Positions 21,951 through 31,705 of a stretch of DNA of 64,000 bases are shown here, piece by piece. Made by a program: the position numbers and the translations under genes. Source of the DNA: Candidatus Poribacteria bacterium. Its GTDB lineage: Bacteria > Poribacteria > WGA-4E > WGA-3G. The DNA lies in assembly GCA_965208735.1 (NCBI GenBank), contig CBDBPM010000002.1:3206962-3270961 (forward strand), given 5' to 3'. Each line of letters starts with the position of its first letter. Position 1 is the first letter of the stretch. The notes beneath the pieces were generated by a model. The model worked only from the letters and a program-made list of their open reading frames with translations, was not told the origin of the DNA and made no database searches.

Positions 21951-22520
21951 ATGGATGCGCAAGAAACTCACCAATTCTCTCAAGAAAACCTCCTTCCTGA
22001 AACTACTACAATGACGTTGGAGGAATTCCTTGAAAGCGGTTTAGAGAGGTATGAATACGTTAAAGGAGAATTAATACCGGTGCCACCAACCTCATTGGAA
22101 CACGGTAATATTACTACGAACTTGTTTTTACCGTTAGGTTTGTACGTTCGCCAAAATCAGTTGGGGAGTGTCTATATGCCAGATACAGGCTTCAAAGTTG
22201 GCGAACGTGTGCTAATGCCAGATATTGCCTTTCTTGCAAACACGCGAATACCTGATGACCTTAGCAAAGCGTCGCCCGTCCCGCCAGACCTTGCCGTTGA
22301 AGTGGTTTCTCGGACAGATGTATCGCGCCAGATTGAGGAAAAAGTGTTTACCTATCTGGAAGCAGGTACACAGTTAGTATGGGTGCTTAAGCCTCGATCT
22401 AAAACAGTAACAGTCTATCGTTCAGAGACGGATATCGCGTTGCTTACGCGGAATGATACGCTTAGCGGTGAAAAAGTCGTTGAAGGGTTTTCCTGTCAGG
22501 TGGCGGAACTTTTTGAGTAG
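21951..22520 (+). CDS. Uma2 (DUF820) family endonuclease-fold protein
   Basis: YEYVKGEL, PDIAF, PPDLAVEVVS, Y.EAG..LVW. Confidence 0.9.
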   Translation: MDAQETHQFSQENLLPETTTMTLEEFLESGLERYEYVKGELIPVPPTSLEHGNITTNLFLPLGLYVRQNQLGSVYMPDTGFKVGERVLMPDIAFLANTRIPDDLSKASPVPPDLAVEVVSRTDVSRQIEEKVFTYLEAGTQLVWVLKPRSKTVTVYRSETDIALLTRNDTLSGEKVVEGFSCQVAELFE

Positions 22521-22598
22521 CACTGGTTTTGTAACGTGCATATACCAGTGTATGGAAACCGAAGTTGAGCTAACCGCTTATTCTTGGAGGCATCGCTA

Positions 22599-22901
22599 AT
22601 GAAATGGATGAAAGACCACGAATCACCACCATGGACTTACCTTTTAGGGACGTTGTTAATAGCCTCTGGAGTTTTTATAAACCTCCTAATTAAAACTGTT
22701 TTGCTGGGTACAATCACCGTCCTCTGCGGAACTTGGTTGCATCGCTGGTGGTACGAAGTGCCAGTCGGACATCCAAGGTTTGAAAAAATGTCAGAGCGAA
22801 GGTTTCGTTTTTGCCGTAATATTGCAATTGTGGCAAGCTGGATAATACTTGTACTAACGGTTGCCGTTGTCTCTCTTACTGTTTTTGGCGTGTTACCGTA
22901 G
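22599..22901 (+). CDS. Small membrane protein
   Basis: GGAGG RBS; about three hydrophobic segments. Confidence 0.6.
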   Translation: MKWMKDHESPPWTYLLGTLLIASGVFINLLIKTVLLGTITVLCGTWLHRWWYEVPVGHPRFEKMSERRFRFCRNIAIVASWIILVLTVAVVSLTVFGVLP

Positions 22902-23020
22902 CGGAGAAAAGGAAACGCTTTAAGGCTGATTTTTCGATTTCCGCCTTACAAATCGGGAACAAGATCACAAATTTATCGGAAACCGGATTGCCAATCCGGA
23001 ATAGAGGATTGAAAACAAAA

Positions 23021-23464
23021 ATGTTAATCGCAGATCTAAATGAAATTGAAGGGCGTACTTATCCTGCCCGTAGACGCACCAAAAATCTTGTTGGCGGCGC
23101 GTCCGCAATCCAGATCAATGAATTCTGTATGGGGTTCGTCGTTTTAGAACCCAACGGTGGGCAAGTACCGTGGCACAACCACGAACAGGAAGAGATCTAT
23201 TTCATCGTCGAAGGTGAAGGCGAAATGTGCCTCGGTGAAGAGCGGCAAACGCTCTCGGCAGGTCAGACGGTTTTTATTCCGTCGTGGATCTTTCACCAGT
23301 TGACGAACACCGGCGATACACCGATGCAGATGGTTTACTGTTATGGACCCGCGGGCGATGTGGCGCACTGGAAACAAGAACTCGCTGGCACGCTCCCGAA
23401 AGCCGGCGTTGACGCACCACCACTCCCCGAAGGCGCAGCTCCGCAATGCACTGACAAAGCTTAG
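23021..23464 (+). CDS. Cupin-domain protein
   Basis: PWHNHEQEEIYFIVEGEG...FIP..IFHQL.N. Confidence 0.9.
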   Translation: MLIADLNEIEGRTYPARRRTKNLVGGASAIQINEFCMGFVVLEPNGGQVPWHNHEQEEIYFIVEGEGEMCLGEERQTLSAGQTVFIPSWIFHQLTNTGDTPMQMVYCYGPAGDVAHWKQELAGTLPKAGVDAPPLPEGAAPQCTDKA

Positions 23465-23486
23465 AAGGACGCAGAATTAATAAACG

Positions 23487-23825
23487 ATGCGTAACGTATA
23501 CCCGAGAGAAGTAGAAATCTACCGTTCTCGGAATGGTCGAGAACCTTTCACAGAATGGTTGAACGCAATTCGAGATCAGAAAACACAAAGACGCATTCGG
23601 ACCCGGCTTGCAGCTCTTAAATTAGGCAATTTCGGAGATTACAAATCTGTGGGTGAAGGGGTTTTTGAGTTGCGTTTTCGCTTCGGGGTAGGTTATCGAA
23701 TTTATTTTCGTGAAGTAGATAACACCGTTGTTCTTCTGCTCTGTGGAGGTGATAAATCATCGCAGGCGCGCGACATTGAACGGGCAAAAGCCTATTGGTT
23801 GGACTACAAGGAGACGTACCCATGA
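23487..23825 (+). CDS. Type II toxin, RelE/ParE (addiction module killer) family
   Basis: PF.EWL, GNFGD.KSVGEGVFELR...G.GYRIYF, LLLCGGDKSSQ..DI. Confidence 0.9.
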   Translation: MRNVYPREVEIYRSRNGREPFTEWLNAIRDQKTQRRIRTRLAALKLGNFGDYKSVGEGVFELRFRFGVGYRIYFREVDNTVVLLLCGGDKSSQARDIERAKAYWLDYKETYP

Positions 23826-24223
23826 AAAAAATGAGAACCTACCGCGAGTACCTTATTGAGATATTCACCGATCGCGATGAAGCGATTGGGCACCTCCAAA
23901 TAGCACTTGAAGATTACCAAACTCACGGCGATACAGACATATTTCTATTCTTGCTCGAAACTGTCGTAGAAGCCCAAGGCGGGGTTGCTGAATTAGCAAA
24001 GCAAACCGATATCAAGCCACGCGTTCTTTCGGACGCACTCACCAGTGACGATGTCCCCCTGATTGACAGACTCGCAACGATTCTTAAAGCCCTCGGATAC
24101 CGGCTTTCAATCGAACCGTTAGAAGTGGAAAGCCTCAATCTTGAAACTGTTACCACGGACGGACAAGCTGCAACAGCACCTCTGTCAGAAAATCAAGGCA
24201 CATCACAACAAGTAAGTAAATAA
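23822..24223 (+). CDS. Putative HTH antitoxin (addiction module antidote)
   Basis: ATGA overlap with the toxin stop; V.EAQGGVAELAK.T HTH pattern, ILKALG..L. Confidence 0.85.
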   Translation: MKKMRTYREYLIEIFTDRDEAIGHLQIALEDYQTHGDTDIFLFLLETVVEAQGGVAELAKQTDIKPRVLSDALTSDDVPLIDRLATILKALGYRLSIEPLEVESLNLETVTTDGQAATAPLSENQGTSQQVSK

Positions 24224-24233
24224 TAGGAGACCC

Positions 24234-25403
24234 ATGACCCATCACGGAGAAAAAACACACCGCGTCGGCATCATCATGAACGGTGTCACCGGTAGGATGG
24301 GAACAAACCAACACCTCATCCGTTCTATCTTGGCAATCGCAGAGGAAGGCGGCATCCCGATCGGTGACGGTGAAGTCATTATGCCCGATCCGTACCTCGT
24401 CGGTAGAAACCCCGCAAAACTGGAGAAGCTCTCCGAAACTACCGGCGTTGAGAAATGGAGCACGGACGTTGACGCTGCCCTCGCTGATGAAGATTACAGT
24501 GTCTATTTTGACGCACAGGTTACCTCACGCCGCGTCGATGCAGTCGAAGCCGCAATATCCGCTGGCAAACACATCTATTGCGAAAAACCGACAGCGACTA
24601 CCGCTGCGGATGCCTATCGCCTCTATGAACAGGCAGCAAAGGCAGGACTCAAAAACGGAGTTGTTCAGGATAAACTCTGGTTACCCGGTATTCAGAAACT
24701 CAAACGCTTGATAGATGCGGGTTTTTTCGGACAGATTATTGCTGTTCGGGGTGAGTTCGGTTATTGGGTTTTCCAAGGCGACGCCATCCCGACCCAACGT
24801 CCCTCGTGGAATTACCGTACTGAAGACGGTGGCGGCATTATTCTCGATATGTTTAGCCACTGGCGATACGTTATTGACAACCTTTTTGGTGCTGTCAAAG
24901 GTGTTTCCTGTATCGCTGCGACACACCTCCCGCAACGGTGGGATGAGGAAGGTAAACCCTATCCGTGTACCGCTGAAGATGCCGCTTATGCGACGTTTGA
25001 ATTGGAGAACGGCATCATCGCACATTTTAACTCATCTTGGGCAGTCAGAGTCCGTCGTGATGACCTGCTAACGATACAGGTGGACGGCTTGAACGGTTCC
25101 GCCATCGTCGGTCTCCGGGATTGTTGGATTCAACCACTCTCAGGCACACCACGTCCTGTCTGGAACCCCGACATCGAACAACCGATCAAATTTTTTGATG
25201 GATGGCTCAAGGTACCGGAACAAGAGACTTACGAGAACGCATTCAGAGCACAGTGGGAGTTGTTCCTCCGACATGTCGTCGCTGATGAACCCTTCCCGTG
25301 GACGCTCCTCGCTGGTGCGAAGGGTGTGCAGTTGGCAGAGAAGGGTATGGAATCCTGGCAGACCCGCAAGTGGATAGAATTACCAGAGTTAGCAGCACTG
25401 TAA
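24234..25403 (+). CDS. Gfo/Idh/MocA family oxidoreductase
   Basis: NGVTGRMG, GKHIYCEKP, GGGIILDM..HW. Confidence 0.92.
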   Translation: MTHHGEKTHRVGIIMNGVTGRMGTNQHLIRSILAIAEEGGIPIGDGEVIMPDPYLVGRNPAKLEKLSETTGVEKWSTDVDAALADEDYSVYFDAQVTSRRVDAVEAAISAGKHIYCEKPTATTAADAYRLYEQAAKAGLKNGVVQDKLWLPGIQKLKRLIDAGFFGQIIAVRGEFGYWVFQGDAIPTQRPSWNYRTEDGGGIILDMFSHWRYVIDNLFGAVKGVSCIAATHLPQRWDEEGKPYPCTAEDAAYATFELENGIIAHFNSSWAVRVRRDDLLTIQVDGLNGSAIVGLRDCWIQPLSGTPRPVWNPDIEQPIKFFDGWLKVPEQETYENAFRAQWELFLRHVVADEPFPWTLLAGAKGVQLAEKGMESWQTRKWIELPELAAL

Positions 25404-25503
25404 CCGAAACCCGGTAGGTGCGGTTTCCTAACCGCACCAGTTTGGAATGTCTCATTAATTCTAAGACCCACTATAAACAGCACTATTCTTGCTTAAAAAA
25501 TAT

Positions 25504-25532
25504 TTGACAAAATTCACGTTTTATCGTATCAT
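25504..25532 (+). promoter_or_regulatory. Sigma70 promoter candidate
   Basis: TTGACA-17-TATCAT. Confidence 0.6.
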
Positions 25533-26107
25533 AACCGTTAAGGCATAAATAATACGACAGGCGCAGATTCTTGAAAACCAGCACTGAACATCAGGTGACA
25601 AGTATGCTAAGTCGACCTATCCATTTTCACAGCACTAAACCGAGCTTCGCTGCCCCTCAAATTGAGCGTGGCCCCACTGATCCTGTAGGCCTATGCAGTT
25701 CCGCCTACGTACCGACAACTCGTTATGCGAACTATCAGTTAATAACGCCCCCCCCCCCACTTTACAAAAATTAAGTATTTTACTTCACACGGTCTGTCCG
25801 GTTTCCATTTTACCGGCTATGGTACCTTATGTTCCCGCGCGCTGCCTTTGTCGTAGACAACGGACTGCCCCGCGGGCTTTTTGTGTTGCATCAAAGACGA
25901 TATCGAAAAGGACGCGCCTTCGTAAGGCTCTTTTCGGAGAGACTTGATCTTTTACAGAATATTTTTAGGCCCTACACATGCTGCTCTTTTGTCGCACAAA
26001 CTTCATAGTTTGTGGCAGGAGACCACTGTGTTTCCCGAAAATTATCATCTAACAGAACGGGCAACAATCAAAATTGCGTCCGTCCTGATTTTGATAGGAG
26101 GAAGACA

Positions 26108-26557
26108 ATGCAAATGACTGACCAAGAAATGAAAGAAGCGATGGAACGTGCTGACGGGATTGTGGAAAAAGTACGCGCACTGACCGCTTTGGAAGACGAA
26201 GTCCTCGCGGCGCGAGAATCCGCGCGCCAACATTCTGTCAATGGTGGCAACGCATCTGCAGCACACCTACAGGAAGATTTAGCAGAATTAGAGGCACAGT
26301 TGAAAGAAAGCGTCGCAGAATTGGATAGCATCACCGAAGATCTCCACCTCGCAACGCCCTGTTTCAGGGCTTACGTCTTGCCCCAGATGAGTGAGATTGT
26401 CGGAACCCTCAAAGCCTGTGACGCAGCCGAACGGCGCGAACTCACAGAACTCATAACCGCACTCACAGACGAGAGCACCGAGACAACCGAGCAATTAGAA
26501 AAAGCAATTATAACCCGACTCAAGCACAACCTTGAACGCACATTTAGCCCGACGTAA
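26108..26557 (+). CDS. Hypothetical alpha-helical/coiled-coil protein
   Basis: AGGAGG RBS before ATG 26108; heptad-rich E/L/A sequence. Confidence 0.7.
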   Translation: MQMTDQEMKEAMERADGIVEKVRALTALEDEVLAARESARQHSVNGGNASAAHLQEDLAELEAQLKESVAELDSITEDLHLATPCFRAYVLPQMSEIVGTLKACDAAERRELTELITALTDESTETTEQLEKAIITRLKHNLERTFSPT

Positions 26558-26615
26558 ATGCGCTTGTGTCTCTACATTCCAAACCGCGGTGGGCGAGGCA
26601 CCCACCCACCGCGAC

Positions 26616-27788
26616 TCATTCACACACATCCGCTCTTTTCGCATACGAAGACAGGGTCCGCGAATCTATTTCTAATGAGTCTGCCGCCGCTGTCAATGTT
26701 CCATGTTTCTCTATCCGCTGCCGGGCAGCCAGTCTAAGGATTTGATCCCTATTCAGCCCACCGATCCGAATCACATCCTCCTGACCACCCAACAATTCTG
26801 ATAGATAAGCAGAGGCCTCTCCGATCACCCGACGCTGCACTTTCGCGGGAAGTGCACGCCAAACAGATTTCGGTACGCCACCGAAAAATAGGACGAACTC
26901 CTCTACAGAAAAAAGCGTCAAAACTTGGCGCACCTCCGCCGAAATATCCGAAGCTGCGCCTGAATCTGATAAGCTTTCAAAATCCTCTACCGCATTTTCT
27001 ACCGGTGGCACAATCATAAGATCGGACGGCAATTCACTAAAACCTATCTCATTAGCACTTGTTAAAATCACCATCTTTTCAAGTATATGTTTAAGCTCCC
27101 GAATATTACCAGGCCACGCAGAATTTGTGAAAACATCAAGAACTTCAGGCGACATCTTCATACCCTGTTTACCATGTTTAACGCTGAACGCCGAAAGAAA
27201 AGCATCCACTAAAGGCGGGATATCCTCGCAACGCTCCCGCAACGGCGGTATATGAATCTCAAAGAATGCCAAGCGGTAGTAAAGGTCCTCTCTAAACTTT
27301 TTCGCTGCCACCAGTGCTTTAATATCTTTATTCGTCGCAGCAACAATCCGAACATCTGTCTGAATCATCCGGGTACCCCCAAGCCTCGTGAATTCCTGAT
27401 GCTCTAACACGCGTAAAAACTTCGGCTGCGCCTCAATATGCATATCACCGATCTCATCCAAAAAGAGCGTCCCCGTATCCGCCCGTTCAAAATCGCCCTT
27501 CCGTTGACGCGATGCATCTGTGAACGCACCCTTCTCGTGACCAAATATTTGGCTCTCCAACAGTCCGTTATCCGGAAATGTACTGCAGTTGATAGCTATG
27601 AACGGATTGGCATTTCGGACACTCTGTCGATGTATCTCCCGCGCAATAATCTCCTTGCCAACACCCGTCTCCCCCGTAATCAGAACAGGGACATCTCTTT
27701 GAGCAAAACTCGCTACCTTCTTATAGACCTCTTGCATCGCCGACGAAGGCAGTCGAACAGGACGCAACGCATCTCGCATATCTGTCAT
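26616..27788 (-). CDS. Sigma54-dependent enhancer-binding protein lacking an N-terminal sensory domain
   Basis: AAA+ core starts at about residue 15: GETGVGKE, ES.IFGHEKGAFTDA, LFLDEIG, FREDLYYRL, WPGNIREL; C-terminal HTH-like segment. Confidence 0.92.
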   Translation of the reverse strand: MTDMRDALRPVRLPSSAMQEVYKKVASFAQRDVPVLITGETGVGKEIIAREIHRQSVRNANPFIAINCSTFPDNGLLESQIFGHEKGAFTDASRQRKGDFERADTGTLFLDEIGDMHIEAQPKFLRVLEHQEFTRLGGTRMIQTDVRIVAATNKDIKALVAAKKFREDLYYRLAFFEIHIPPLRERCEDIPPLVDAFLSAFSVKHGKQGMKMSPEVLDVFTNSAWPGNIRELKHILEKMVILTSANEIGFSELPSDLMIVPPVENAVEDFESLSDSGAASDISAEVRQVLTLFSVEEFVLFFGGVPKSVWRALPAKVQRRVIGEASAYLSELLGGQEDVIRIGGLNRDQILRLAARQRIEKHGTLTAAADSLEIDSRTLSSYAKRADVCE

Positions 27789-27944
27789 ACCTCAATGTTT
27801 TATATAATTGTACCACAAACTTCATAGTTTGTGGCGTATATGATGTCCATTAACAGTGGACGCTACATAAGTCCAACATTTATCAAACTCACGTTAGTAT
27901 AACTTAACTGCTAATTGTGAACAACCCAAAATTGCCCAATTAAG

Positions 27945-27990
27945 CAATTTTTGCGTATACAATTTTTGCGTATACAATTTTTGCGTATAC
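27945..27990. repeat. Triple 15-bp direct repeat AATTTTTGCGTATAC
   Basis: Three tandem copies read directly. Confidence 0.9.
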
Positions 27991-28066
27991 AGAACTGCTA
28001 CCGGCTCTGATTCATTCAATCTTTAGCACTTACCCCGCCTTTTGTAAGCACATCGCTAATTTTCAG

Positions 28067-28188
28067 TAGGACTTACGCATTCCTTCTTAAAGTCCCCCTG
28101 ATACGGGGGATTTAGGGGGTTTAAGGGACGGAAATTACTACTTTTTGCGTTTCAATGTCCAATATTTTCTCAATTTGCGTAAGTCCTG
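28067..28188. mobile_element. ~120-bp MITE sharing the termini of the IS701-family element
   Basis: TAGGACTTACGCA...TGCGTAAGTCCTG with internal CCCCCTGAT/ATTTAGGGGG palindrome; no ORF. Confidence 0.8.
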
Positions 28189-28238
28189 TTCAGATTTACT
28201 ATAAGCGAAAACTCCGTATAAAACGACCGTTTTAGATG

Positions 28239-28254
28239 TGGCATGAAACTTGCA
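28239..28254 (+). promoter_or_regulatory. Sigma54 (-24/-12) promoter
   Basis: TGGCATG-AAAC-TTGCA; divergent from the sigma54 activator gene. Confidence 0.8.
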
Positions 28255-28665
28255 TGTAACATCACTATGAGTGTGCATCTGCACCTCGTTTAGAGAAAAG
28301 AAAATGCTGACAACCGGTTAATATCCTACTCGTGTCCGAAAATCTCATAAGAAGTGAGTGAGATTTGCGGGACAAACCCACGGCAAGATGTGAACCCGTT
28401 GAAATCTAAGCATTGTTCCTGACTCTTATTTGAAGGAGGCTATCGCGGTTGTCCATTGACTTCGTAAACCGATGCCAATCGCGATAACCTTACACTTTAC
28501 ACAACCGAACCAAACAACGTAGGGGCGAGGTTTCCTCGCCCGATTCGATAGATACATATCTAACGACCCATTGTTGCGTAGACGCGAGGTTTCCTCGCCC
28601 GATTCGATAGATACATATCTAACGACCAAACATATTTTAATTTTTCACAGTTAAGGAGAAATCCA

Positions 28666-30123
28666 ATGCGAAAATACGCATACCTCATCGTTCTAACACT
28701 CATCGCCGGCACCGTCCTCTTCACCAGCTGCAAACGGATGGAAGAGATGATTTCGCCAGTCATGCCGGACGCTGAAAAGATAGAACCGCCACCAGAAATG
28801 ATGCCAATGGATGCGGAGGGAATCGGTATCTTTGACACCAACGTGATGCCCGGACATGGTCTAATCGCAGAAGCGTTTTACCCAGGAGTCACACTCACGC
28901 AGCTACCCGACTTTGAAACACTAACGCCGTTCCATACATGGATGGTGGCAAATATAGACGTTCCGGCGACACGGTATGAACAAGGTTTCCCAGCACTCGG
29001 CGTGGATGTGCTTGAAGATTTCGGAATCCGTTTGCGCGGGCAGTTGAAGATTGAAACCGCTGGCGACTATAACTTTAAAATCCAGTCTGATGATGGTGCC
29101 CAATTATACATCAATGGCGAACTGATTGTCGATCATGACGGACTGCATGATTTTATCTCTAAGTACGGGAGCGCAACGCTCGCTGCTGGGTATCACGATC
29201 TCGAAATTCGGTATTTCCAAGGACCCCGCTACTTCATCGGTTTGCAATGGTCTTGGCAGCCGCCGGGTGGGGTAGAGGTGATCGTGCCACCAGAGGTCCT
29301 CTATCCACCCGGTACAGGACAGGTTTCTGTTGAACCGATGGTAGAGATGCCTGTAGGGATTCCAACTGTTAGTAAAATTTACTGGACACAAACGGATGGC
29401 GTAATCCGGCGCGCAAACCCTGACGGTTCAAACGTTGAAGATATTGTTACAGGGTTGGGTTATGCAAGTGGTATTGCTATAGACAGTACCGAAGGCAAAG
29501 TGTACTGGGTAGATCACGCCCGGCACGGCATCCAACGCGCAAACCTGGATGGCACCGGTATCGAAACGCTCATATCCGCTGCTGATACACAGAGCCCAGC
29601 GGACCTCGTTTTAGACCTGTCTGCTGGCAAGATGTACTGGACAGGCTACGCTATGAACAGTGTCCGGCGCGCGAACTTGGATGGCTCAAACGTCGAAGAC
29701 TACATCACCGGATTAAGTTCACCGAATACCGTCGTTTTGGACGTGCCGGGGAACAAAATCTATTGGACAAGCGGCGCCTCAACCTATCGTGCCAACCTTG
29801 ATGACCTCTCAAACACTGAGGAGTTATTCGCTGGCACCGCCAGATCCCACGCCACATTCCATCCATCTCTGGAGAAAATGTTCCTGGCAGGCGGCGGCAG
29901 TGTCCGGTGTGGGAACTTGGATGGATCCGACCTTCAAACCCTCGTCACTGGATTGGGGAGCCCCGGAGGTATTGAGTTAGATATCCACGGTGGCAAAATG
30001 TATTGGCGGGATTGGAGTACCGATAAAATCCAACGCGCAAACCTCGATGGCTCAGACGTAGAAGATGTCGTTACAGGCGTACACGATCCCGATTTCATCA
30101 GTTTCCTTTATTCTATCCAATAG
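28666..30123 (+). CDS. Lipoprotein with PA14 domain and YWTD/LDL-receptor class B-like beta-propeller
   Basis: Lipobox FTSC; SDDGAQLYING.LIVDHDG PA14 motif; repeated K(I/M)YW...RANLDGS..E. Confidence 0.88.
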   Translation: MRKYAYLIVLTLIAGTVLFTSCKRMEEMISPVMPDAEKIEPPPEMMPMDAEGIGIFDTNVMPGHGLIAEAFYPGVTLTQLPDFETLTPFHTWMVANIDVPATRYEQGFPALGVDVLEDFGIRLRGQLKIETAGDYNFKIQSDDGAQLYINGELIVDHDGLHDFISKYGSATLAAGYHDLEIRYFQGPRYFIGLQWSWQPPGGVEVIVPPEVLYPPGTGQVSVEPMVEMPVGIPTVSKIYWTQTDGVIRRANPDGSNVEDIVTGLGYASGIAIDSTEGKVYWVDHARHGIQRANLDGTGIETLISAADTQSPADLVLDLSAGKMYWTGYAMNSVRRANLDGSNVEDYITGLSSPNTVVLDVPGNKIYWTSGASTYRANLDDLSNTEELFAGTARSHATFHPSLEKMFLAGGGSVRCGNLDGSDLQTLVTGLGSPGGIELDIHGGKMYWRDWSTDKIQRANLDGSDVEDVVTGVHDPDFISFLYSIQ

Positions 30124-30463
30124 CCGAAAGCACAGTGAGTGTTCCAAATGTGAGAGTTTGCGACCTCGTAGGGGCGAGGTTGCCTCGCCCTACACACTAA
30201 CCCCGATTTCACAGTACACAACATCGCTCATGTCAAAAGTTTGTACGAATAGTAGTCTTTCAACATTGAACTTGAGAGCAGGTTCGTAGTAGTGCGATTT
30301 ATCGCACTGCTTCGCAGTGAGAAGAACGGGAGATCATAAATGGTTTCCCTACTACGAACAGGATCACCTATAAACTCAACATTGAAGAACTAATAGTTTC
30401 AGTTTTTTGTAGCATAGAAGCCCCTTAGTTTCCTATGTCATTTACACTTAAGGAGAACAATCA

Positions 30464-31384
30464 ATGCGAAAATATGTATGGATAGCCGTTATGGTGCTCA
30501 TCGCCAGCACCGTCTACTTCACAAGTTGCGAACGCATCCCGAAGGAAATGATGGATACGATTATGCCGGACGCTGAAACGGCAGAAACGCCACCAGAAAT
30601 GGTCGAAACACCACCAGAAATGATGGAAACGCAGACCGGCCTGGTTGATGTTATGATTTATACAGGTGCCTCTTGGTGGATAACACCAGAAAACGCAACA
30701 ATCGAAGCGGAAATCACGCGAAACCTCCTGCAAACCGCTGAGATAGCAACCACAATTACCGAAAGCGAAGAAGAGGTTAGAAACTGGACGCTCCAGACAA
30801 CTGCTAACGGCACTGTTAATGTTTTGGTCGTTTATGGGGTTATTCCGAACAGTATCTATCCTTCAGAGAACACCCAACCCGATGGCTCTATTGCTGAAAA
30901 CTGGATTGAGACGACAGATGGGGACACGATCTTGAATCAGTCGGATTATTTCGGTTACAGCAGTACAACAACAGATGAAACAGTCAGAATAGCAAGCCAC
31001 GGAAACCTATATCACGGAGCGAACTCGTTCGGGAACTTACGGCACCTTATGGACCACCCTAACATTTTCTTAGATACTGGATTGTCAGATGTTTCTATGC
31101 TTGTTACAGCAGAAGGTAACATATTAACCCCGAGTTTAGTCAATCCGACATCTGATAGACCCTTCCCTTTGAATGAACTCCAAGGTGATTGGTTTGCTGA
31201 AAAGGTTTTTGCAAGTGATACAGGTGACGAGAACGCCACTCTTGCGGACCCAGTCATTTTGAGAGACGGTGACCACGGTAGACTTGCCATCGTCTTGCAA
31301 ACAGGAAATGAACGCATAGCGGATGATGATCCGGAAGGCGAAGTCGCAGCCGAGATTATCATCAATTATCTTCTCGCGGAATAA
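30464..31384 (+). CDS. Lipoprotein of unknown function
   Basis: Lipobox FTSC; leader similar to 28666; C-terminus paralogous to the partial gene at 2..133. Confidence 0.8.
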   Translation: MRKYVWIAVMVLIASTVYFTSCERIPKEMMDTIMPDAETAETPPEMVETPPEMMETQTGLVDVMIYTGASWWITPENATIEAEITRNLLQTAEIATTITESEEEVRNWTLQTTANGTVNVLVVYGVIPNSIYPSENTQPDGSIAENWIETTDGDTILNQSDYFGYSSTTTDETVRIASHGNLYHGANSFGNLRHLMDHPNIFLDTGLSDVSMLVTAEGNILTPSLVNPTSDRPFPLNELQGDWFAEKVFASDTGDENATLADPVILRDGDHGRLAIVLQTGNERIADDDPEGEVAAEIIINYLLAE

Positions 31385-31705
31385 ACGCTGTTCAGGTTAG
31401 AACTTACGCACTAAAAGATGGGTAAGTAACGCGAGTTTGAAAAAAGTTTACGGAATGCATCCGATTCACAAGTCCGTATTGTAGGGGTTTTGCTTGGGTG
31501 TTTCTTCAAGGCACCCTCGCCCCTACACACTAACCCTGATTTCAGGGTAAACAACAGAATGCACACCCCTTGTAGGCGGGGTTGAAAACCCCGCCACATC
31601 CAACAACCGAAAACTATCCAATCACAAAAACCACAGAAATCCCATCAATCACAGTTCAGTTCCCAAACGTTAATCCCTAACAACCCATAGCGGAGGCACA
31701 ACTTC

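Noticed and set aside
25530-26000. tmRNA, RNase P or 6S RNA in the long intergenic region
   Set aside because: No tRNA-like ends or tag peptide, no GAGGAAAGUCC, and no long closing helix seen.
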